From Clostridia bacterium (lineage in GTDB: Bacteria > Bacillota > Clostridia > Monoglobales > Firm-18), in assembly GCA_045660545.1 (NCBI GenBank), contig JAZREA010000005.1, positions 5,416 through 69,415 on the forward strand: 64,000 nucleotides of DNA, read 5' to 3'. Shown piece after piece: positions 57,474 through 64,000 of this stretch (position 1 is the stretch's first letter; each line of letters begins with the position of its first letter). The notes beneath the pieces were generated by a model. The model made no database searches, had not been told where the DNA came from, and worked only from the letters and a program-made list of their open reading frames with translations. A program made the translations under genes and the position numbers.

Positions 57474-59171
57474 ATGAATAACAAAGTATGGATTAACAAA
57501 GAAATTGACAATTCCATAACCAAAAGCCTGTCGGACAGATACGGCTTTTCCGGTCTTTGCGCAAGTGTGTTACAAAACAGGCCCGAAATCGCAGACGGCA
57601 ATTATGACAACCTGTTTCGGCGTGTTTTGTATAACCTAAACAATCCGTTTTTGTTAAACGATATGGACAAGGCGGTCGAGAGAATAGAACGCGCAATTAT
57701 TCGCGGCGAGAAAATAACCATATTTGGCGACTACGACGCAGACGGCATTACAAGCACGTCGATTTTATATATGTTTTTACGTGAAAACGGTGCGGATGTT
57801 GCATATTTTGTGCCCAACAGATTTTCCGGCGGATATGGGATGAACAACGAAACTTTGTCCAATATTTCGAAAGACGGCACAAAGCTTATTATAACCGTCG
57901 ACAACGGGATATCGGCGTTGGAGGAAGTGGAGTACGCCAAAACTCTTGGGATGGACGTGGTAGTAACGGACCATCACGAGTGTGGAGACAAGCTTCCTGA
58001 CTGTTGTGCGGTTGTTAATCCCAAGCGTGCAGACAGCACATATCCGTATTCAAATCTTGCCGGAGTTGGTGTTACATTTAAGCTGATTTGTGCGCTTAAT
58101 AAAAACTCGCTTGAAAGTGCAGTCAAAAAATACATTCTGCTTACAGCAATCGGTACGCTGGCTGATGTTGTTCCCCTTACGGGAGAGAACAGAGCGATTG
58201 TAACCATGGGACTTAAAATGATTCCGTACAATAAAAACTGCGGTATAGACGCCTTGATTAAGACGTCGGGCATATCGCAAAACGCGTCCGTTTCTGACGT
58301 TTCGTTTGGACTCGTGCCGAGGATTAACGCGGCAGGCAGGATGGACGATGCTACTGTTTGTGTAAGACTTTTTTCGTCAGACAACGTGGCAGAGTGCAGC
58401 GCGATAGCGAACAGGCTAAACGACTTAAACGCCAAAAGGCAAGACGTTGAAAAGCAAATAACAGACGAGGCTTTTGCTATAATAGAAGAGCAAAGGCTAT
58501 ATAACAACAACATAATCTGTGTTTATCACGAGGGATGGAATCACGGCGTAATTGGAATAGTTGCGTCCAGAATTTGTGAGAAATATTACAAGCCGACGAT
58601 TGTTATGACTGATGATGATGGTTACATAAAGGGCTCAGGAAGAAGTGTAAAGGAATTTGACCTTTATGAAGCTCTTAGCGTGTGCAGGGATTGTCTTTAC
58701 AAGTTCGGCGGGCACAGTATGGCAGCAGGAGTGTTGCTGGAAAAGTGTAAATATGATGACTTTTGTGCAAAAATCAACGACTTCGCAGGGGAAAAGCTCG
58801 ATGGCGAAAGCTTTTTGCAAAAGATATATATAGACGCTAATTTAAACGATTATAATATAGATATAGAGCTTGCGAAGGGGCTTGAAATTTTAGAACCGTA
58901 CGGTACAGGCAATCCAAAGCCTGTATTTTCAATTCTAAACGTACGTGTTTTGGGCAAGTCGCTTCTTTCCGACGGCAAGCATATAAAGCTTGTGGCGGAG
59001 CACAACGGAAGGGAGCTTGAACTTATAGGCTTTTCTATGGGGGAATTTGCGGCTCTTATTTCGGAAAACGATTTAATTGATGTGGCGGGCTGTCTTGATA
59101 TTAACAGCTTCCGCGGAGTTTGTAAGGTACAAATTATTTTAAAGGATATAAAACGCATAAGGAAAAAGTGA
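57474..59171 (+). CDS. recJ: single-stranded-DNA-specific exonuclease RecJ
   Basis: 565 aa; FGDYDADGITS, VTDHHE DHH motifs, GGHSMAAG DHHA1. Confidence 0.94.
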   Translation: MNNKVWINKEIDNSITKSLSDRYGFSGLCASVLQNRPEIADGNYDNLFRRVLYNLNNPFLLNDMDKAVERIERAIIRGEKITIFGDYDADGITSTSILYMFLRENGADVAYFVPNRFSGGYGMNNETLSNISKDGTKLIITVDNGISALEEVEYAKTLGMDVVVTDHHECGDKLPDCCAVVNPKRADSTYPYSNLAGVGVTFKLICALNKNSLESAVKKYILLTAIGTLADVVPLTGENRAIVTMGLKMIPYNKNCGIDALIKTSGISQNASVSDVSFGLVPRINAAGRMDDATVCVRLFSSDNVAECSAIANRLNDLNAKRQDVEKQITDEAFAIIEEQRLYNNNIICVYHEGWNHGVIGIVASRICEKYYKPTIVMTDDDGYIKGSGRSVKEFDLYEALSVCRDCLYKFGGHSMAAGVLLEKCKYDDFCAKINDFAGEKLDGESFLQKIYIDANLNDYNIDIELAKGLEILEPYGTGNPKPVFSILNVRVLGKSLLSDGKHIKLVAEHNGRELELIGFSMGEFAALISENDLIDVAGCLDINSFRGVCKVQIILKDIKRIRKK

Positions 59172-59182
59172 GGTGAAACGCA

Positions 59183-61363
59183 GTGTTTGAATCACAGAGT
59201 TTTTATAAAACAATACAAGAAAACGTAGCAAAGTACAACCCACAAAGTGATATGGAATTTATTAAGAAAGCAGGGGACTTTGCAATTCGCGCTCACGGGG
59301 AGCAAACCCGCGTTTCAGGAGAGCCTTTTGTTGAACATCCGTTTAATGTAGCTATTATTCTGACAAATCTTGAAATGGACGACGAGGCGATTGTTGCGGG
59401 GCTACTCCACGATACCGTAGAGGATACAGACTGCACAATTGACGATATAAGAGAAAACTTCGGCGAGAACGTCGCTTTGCTTGTAGAGGGTGTAACCAAG
59501 CTCGGTAAAATCCCATACAGCACCAAGCAGGAGCAACAGGTAGAGAATTTGAGAAAGATGTTTTTGGCTATGGCAAAGGACATCAGGGTTATAATTATAA
59601 AGCTTGCCGACAGACTCCATAACCTTAGAACGTTAAAGAGTATGTCTCCCGAAAAGCAACTTGAAAAGGCGCACGAGACTATGGAGGTTTTTGCCCCATT
59701 AGCTAACCGACTCGGTATGCAAAAGATGAAGTGGGAGCTTGAAGACTTGTCTCTTTATTACCTCGACCCCATTGCGTACAAAGAAATTTCCGACCACATC
59801 AGCCTTAAAAGAGACGAGAGATTAGAGTACCTCGATAACGTACAACAGACCATCCAAAAAGGCCTTGACAATATGAATATTAAGGCAAAGATGAGCGGAA
59901 GGGCAAAGCATTTTTACAGTATATATAAAAAAATGTACACCAACAACATCTCTATCGACGAGATTTACGACCTTCTTGCGGTAAGGGTTATTGTTGACGA
60001 CATAAAGGACTGTTACGCTGTTTTGGGCATGGTGCACGAGATTTACAAGCCTATTCCGGGCAGGTTTAAAGACTATATAGCTATGCCTAAGAAGAATATG
60101 TATCAGTCTTTACATACCTCACTGATTGGGCCGGGAGGAAGGCCTTTTGAGGTGCAGATACGTACCTGGGAGATGCACAAAATCGCCGAGGTGGGTATTG
60201 CTGCACACTGGAAGTACAAAGAGGGTGTGTCAGGAGCTACCGATATAGACAACAAGCTCGAGTGGGTTCGTCAGCTTTTGGAAATTCATAAGGATATGAA
60301 CGACGCCGAGGAGTTTATACATAACCTGAAAATCGACCTTTTCGAAGACGAAGTATTTGTCTTTTCTCCAAAGGGCGACGTTATCAACCTGCCGGCAGGC
60401 TCTTGCCCTGTTGACTTTGCGTACGCAATTCACAGCGCGATAGGCAACAAGACGGTAGGTGCTAAGGTAAACGGTAAGATTGTAACACTCGACCACAACC
60501 TTGTAAACGGCGACATTGTAGAGATTATCACCAGTGCTAACCCCAAGGGACCAAGCCGCGACTGGATTAAAATAGTTAAGACCTCCCAGGCTAAAAAGAA
60601 GATTAACGACTGGTTTAAAAAGGAAAACAGAGAGGAAAACATTAATAAAGGCAAGGAAACCCTTGAAAAAGAGCTAAGACATCTTGGCATACCTGTCAGC
60701 GTGCTCTACGACGCGGAGTTTATGGAACCAATACTTAAAAAGATTTCTGTTTCTGTTGTGGAAGATATGTTCTCGGGAATCGGTTATGGCGGAATTAACA
60801 TTAACAAGGTTTTAACAAGAATAAAGGATATATACCACCAGCAAAACAAGTTTGAAGACAACGTTGTGCTGAGCGACCTTGTTAACGTCTCGTCAGAAAG
60901 GCGTCCGAGGTCTAACAGCGGTATAGTTGTAAAGGGTATTGATAATTGTCTTGTTAAGATTGCGCATTGTTGCAACCCTGTTCCCGGTGATGATATTGTA
61001 GGGTATATTACAAAGGGAAGAGGTGTGTCTGTTCACAGAACGGACTGTGTGAATATACAGAATTTTGACAACGAAGCAGAAAACAGGTTTATAGAGGTAA
61101 ACTGGGCGTTTGACGAAAAGCTTAGCTACACTATGGACATCAGGATTATATCCAACGACAGATTGGGGCTTGTGGTGGACATTATGAACTCTATTTCGTC
61201 TGCTAGGTCGACTGTTACCGCGATTAACACAAGACTTACAAAGGATGCTCTGGCTATAATAGATATGACTGTGCTTATTTCCTCGCAGGAACAGGTACAA
61301 AAGCTTATTAAAGTGCTCTCGAATGTAGCAGGTGTAACCTCGGTTGCAAGAGTTAAACATTAG
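59183..61363 (+). CDS. relA: bifunctional (p)ppGpp synthetase/hydrolase RelA/SpoT homologue
   Basis: 726 aa; HD domain (LLHDTVEDT), synthetase domain (YIAMPKKNMYQSLHT), TGS and ACT regions. Confidence 0.96.
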   Translation: MFESQSFYKTIQENVAKYNPQSDMEFIKKAGDFAIRAHGEQTRVSGEPFVEHPFNVAIILTNLEMDDEAIVAGLLHDTVEDTDCTIDDIRENFGENVALLVEGVTKLGKIPYSTKQEQQVENLRKMFLAMAKDIRVIIIKLADRLHNLRTLKSMSPEKQLEKAHETMEVFAPLANRLGMQKMKWELEDLSLYYLDPIAYKEISDHISLKRDERLEYLDNVQQTIQKGLDNMNIKAKMSGRAKHFYSIYKKMYTNNISIDEIYDLLAVRVIVDDIKDCYAVLGMVHEIYKPIPGRFKDYIAMPKKNMYQSLHTSLIGPGGRPFEVQIRTWEMHKIAEVGIAAHWKYKEGVSGATDIDNKLEWVRQLLEIHKDMNDAEEFIHNLKIDLFEDEVFVFSPKGDVINLPAGSCPVDFAYAIHSAIGNKTVGAKVNGKIVTLDHNLVNGDIVEIITSANPKGPSRDWIKIVKTSQAKKKINDWFKKENREENINKGKETLEKELRHLGIPVSVLYDAEFMEPILKKISVSVVEDMFSGIGYGGININKVLTRIKDIYHQQNKFEDNVVLSDLVNVSSERRPRSNSGIVVKGIDNCLVKIAHCCNPVPGDDIVGYITKGRGVSVHRTDCVNIQNFDNEAENRFIEVNWAFDEKLSYTMDIRIISNDRLGLVVDIMNSISSARSTVTAINTRLTKDALAIIDMTVLISSQEQVQKLIKVLSNVAGVTSVARVKH

Positions 61364-61365
61364 GA

Positions 61366-61995
61366 GTGGTTCTTTTGGTAATTAAAAAATATGTGATTGG
61401 GGCTTTTTCGGTTAATTGTTATCTCTTGGCAGACGAAGTTTCAAAAACCTGTGCGATTATAGACGCGGGCGACGTTTGCAAAGAGCTTGAAACGGAAATT
61501 GCACAGAATGGATATGATGTAAAGTATTTAATCTTTACACACGGTCATTTTGACCATATCGGAGGAGCGTATCACTATGCGAAAAAGTACGGTGCGAAGG
61601 TGCTTGTGCATTCTTCGGATGCGGCTTGCCTTAGCGATGAAAGGGCTAATTTTACTTATCCTGCCCCGTACGACTTTGTGCCATATCAGGCGGATGTGTT
61701 ATTGGAGGACGGGGATATAATAGAGATTGGTAACATCAAGTTAGAGGTTATCCATACTCCCGGGCACACAAGGGGCGGAGTTACGCTGTACGCAGACGGA
61801 GTGGCTTTTTCGGGGGATACGTTGTTTTATCGTTCGATTGGAAGGACGGATTTTGCAGGAGGCAGCTTCGACGAGCTGTCTTTGTCTGTAAAGAGGCTTT
61901 ACACCCTGCCGCAAAATACCGTTGTTTACCCGGGGCACGGGTGTCATACCACTATATCTGACGAAATGATTAAAAACCCGTATGTAAGACTGTAA
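61366..61995 (+). CDS. MBL-fold metallo-hydrolase (glyoxalase II-like)
   Basis: THGHFDHIGG metal motif, HTPGHT. The alternative TTG start at 61375 has better SD spacing. Confidence 0.85.
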   Translation: MVLLVIKKYVIGAFSVNCYLLADEVSKTCAIIDAGDVCKELETEIAQNGYDVKYLIFTHGHFDHIGGAYHYAKKYGAKVLVHSSDAACLSDERANFTYPAPYDFVPYQADVLLEDGDIIEIGNIKLEVIHTPGHTRGGVTLYADGVAFSGDTLFYRSIGRTDFAGGSFDELSLSVKRLYTLPQNTVVYPGHGCHTTISDEMIKNPYVRL

Positions 61996-62048
61996 ATTTT
62001 AAAGTTTATAAGAGATAGAGCTGTGGCACTGTTAAGGAGCGAATTTAA

Positions 62049-63422
62049 ATGAGAAAAACAGAAGTTAATATGTTGTCAGGTTCAATTATAAAGGGACTTT
62101 TAACTATGGCGATACCTATAATGATAATGAATGTGGCGCAAAACTCATTCAGCATTGCAGATATGGTCGTTTTGGGAAGGCTGGTTAACGATACCGCCGT
62201 AGGTGCGGTCGGTGCATGCGGAATGCTGATATATTTGATAACCGGTCTTGTAATAGGTGTTTCTGCAGGAGCAAATGTTCTTGTCGCAAGGTGCGTCGGA
62301 AAGGGCGATTATCACCGTGCGGAAAGAGCTATGGGTACTGCAATTTTGTTTTCACTTGTTGGTGGAATTGTGTTGGCGGTGTTAGCTGTAATTTTTGCAG
62401 AGCCGCTTCTTAGGCTGACAAACTGCCCCGAAGATTTGTTAAAACAGGCGGTTTTATATTTTAGAATATATTTTTGCGGCATTCCGGCGATTTTGTTATA
62501 CAACTTTTCCGCTTCTATATTAAGGGCGATAGGCGAAACTAAGAAGCCGATGTATTTCTTGCTGCTTGGCGGCGTTGTGAATGTTGTGCTCAACATATAT
62601 CTTATCAAAGCCTTTAATACTACGGTTGAAGGTGTTGCGATATCTACGATTATCGCTAACTTAATAGCAGGTCTTTTGTCGTTTTTTGTGCTTTTACGCA
62701 GCGAAAGGTACGTTCGCTTCCGTTTTAAATACTTTAAGTTTTATGCAAATGAGCTAAAAGAGATACTGTTTATAGGTATTCCTACGGGAGTACAAACTGC
62801 GCTTTGCTCTTTGGCTAATGTTATAATAACTGCCGCAGTAAACACATACGGGCCGAACGCTACTACGGGAATATCGATTGCCAACCAGTTTGACAGTATA
62901 CTTTATCAGATAAGCTGTGCAACTGCATTTATTACGATGCCTTATATCGCACAAAACATTGGAGCGGGTAAGGTGAACAGAATCAACAGTATAGTGTTAA
63001 AATCTATGATTCTTACGACTATATTTGGTGCGAGCTTTGGGTTTTTGTCTGCGTTTTTTTCGGCAGAGCTGTCGTCGCTTATGTCTTCTACGCCTGAGGT
63101 AATTAAGTATTCTCAGGAAAAGATGATTATTATATCGAGTACATATTTTATATGCGGTATTAACGACGTTATGTGTGCGACTATGAGGAGTATGGGCAAG
63201 CCGCTTATCCCAACCCTTTCTACCATGATGTTTATGTGCGTGTTCAGGTTTATATGGGTATATTTGATTTTCCCGCTTTGTCCGAATTTTACATTCTTAT
63301 ATCTTGTTTGGCCGCTTGGATGGATTATGTCCATTATCACTATGCTTTGCTTCTATTTCCCGACGCTGGCCAAGCTGAAAAAAGAAGCAGCCCAAAACGC
63401 CGAACCTGTAAAAATTGTGTAG
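62049..63422 (+). CDS. MATE-family efflux transporter
   Basis: 457 aa, 12 TM pattern, N-terminal GSIIKGLLTMAIPIMIMNVAQ typical of MatE. Confidence 0.88.
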   Translation: MRKTEVNMLSGSIIKGLLTMAIPIMIMNVAQNSFSIADMVVLGRLVNDTAVGAVGACGMLIYLITGLVIGVSAGANVLVARCVGKGDYHRAERAMGTAILFSLVGGIVLAVLAVIFAEPLLRLTNCPEDLLKQAVLYFRIYFCGIPAILLYNFSASILRAIGETKKPMYFLLLGGVVNVVLNIYLIKAFNTTVEGVAISTIIANLIAGLLSFFVLLRSERYVRFRFKYFKFYANELKEILFIGIPTGVQTALCSLANVIITAAVNTYGPNATTGISIANQFDSILYQISCATAFITMPYIAQNIGAGKVNRINSIVLKSMILTTIFGASFGFLSAFFSAELSSLMSSTPEVIKYSQEKMIIISSTYFICGINDVMCATMRSMGKPLIPTLSTMMFMCVFRFIWVYLIFPLCPNFTFLYLVWPLGWIMSIITMLCFYFPTLAKLKKEAAQNAEPVKIV

Positions 63423-63686
63423 GATTTAGGCTGTCTTTGTGTGGCGTTGTTAACAATAATATATGTTAAAGAATAATATGTGTATAAAAGAGTTTTACAC
63501 TTATCTTAAAAACCGAAATTCTGTCAATAATATATATTGCGGTAAGGTGATTGCTATATTATGTTATACTATCACGCTTTTAACTGTTGGCTTGGTCATT
63601 GATTGTGTAAAAATACTAATATAATTGCAGTTTTAATGGGGTTTTGCCTTTTTTTTAACAAAAAGTTAAAAAAAATTAAAAATTTG

Positions 63687-63715
63687 TTGACTTTGTCCCG
63701 AAAAATTGGTATTCT
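63687..63715 (+). promoter_or_regulatory. sigma-A-type promoter of ptsH
   Basis: -35 TTGACT 63687-63692, 17-nt spacer, TGG-TATTCT extended -10 at 63707-63715. Confidence 0.6.
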
Positions 63716-63781
63716 ATTACATATAGATACTGGAAGAGTATTTTTGTGAAGTTTATTCTCGATTAGTAGAGGAGAGTTGTT

Positions 63782-64000
63782 ATGTTTTCTAAAGAAGTTT
63801 TGGTTAGTAATCAAGTTGGCCTTCACGCAAGACCTGCTACCTTTTTTATTCAGAAAGCTAATGAGTTTAAGTCAAGCATCTGGGTTGAAAAGGACGAAAG
63901 AAAGGTTAATGCAAAGAGTCTTTTGGGTGTTTTGTCGCTTGGTATTACAAGAGGGGTTAACATCAATATCATAGCTGAGGGCGCTGATGAGGAAGAGGCA
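63782..64000 (+). CDS. ptsH: phosphocarrier protein HPr, 3' end cut by the window edge (absent from the ORF track)
   Basis: Manual translation from the ATG at 63782: MFSKEVLVSNQVGLHARPATFFIQKANEFKSSIWVEKDERKVNAKSLLGVLSLGITRGVNINIIAEGADEEEA. It has the His15 (GLHARPA) and Ser46 (KSLLGV) signatures, with no stop before 64000. Confidence 0.9.
   Translation, partial: MFSKEVLVSNQVGLHARPATFFIQKANEFKSSIWVEKDERKVNAKSLLGVLSLGITRGVNINIIAEGADEEEA

Overview
The window looks like a chromosomal segment of a Gram-positive, probably spore-forming Firmicute (Clostridia-like gene order and SD-type ribosome binding sites; no species claimed). Most of it is tightly packed housekeeping DNA. On the minus strand: ymdB, folC, valS, an LtaS-like gene and a HAD gene. 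On the plus strand: rimP-nusA-ylxR-L7Ae-infB-rbfA-nrnA-truB-ribF, rpsO, pnp, ppa, whiA, dnaE, pfkA, rpmB, lon-engB-hisS-aspS, a GldA/F/G-like ABC module, recJ-relA, a MATE pump, and a ptsH start that the ORF track misses at the 3' edge. I found no rRNA, tRNA, CRISPR array, transposase or integrase.

Three regions are not explained by ordinary annotation. (1) At 21.9-27.0 kb there is an AT-richer (by eye) accessory patch. It starts with a phased 73-bp tandem array of hairpins that covary around a constant loop. Four same-strand gene units of unrelated function follow, and each junction carries a copy of one ~190-bp structured element bounded by inverted repeats. (2) Inside that patch sits a minimal SMODS/CD-NTase-like nucleotidyltransferase plus a Zn-ribbon membrane protein. 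Its leader carries the same ATTTAGA-N6-TCTAAAT palindrome that occurs twice in the promoter of the SdpR/SdpI-like pair 25 kb away. (3) At 40.7-46.2 kb there is an intact-looking seven-gene phage head/neck module (scaffold, P22-type coat and followers). It has no portal, terminase, tail, lysis or integration genes and lies next to a SleB-like hydrolase.

A cysteine-rich protein with a CCCCCC run (34661..35476) is also notable. All functional calls rest on motif recognition by eye; no database search or statistics were run.
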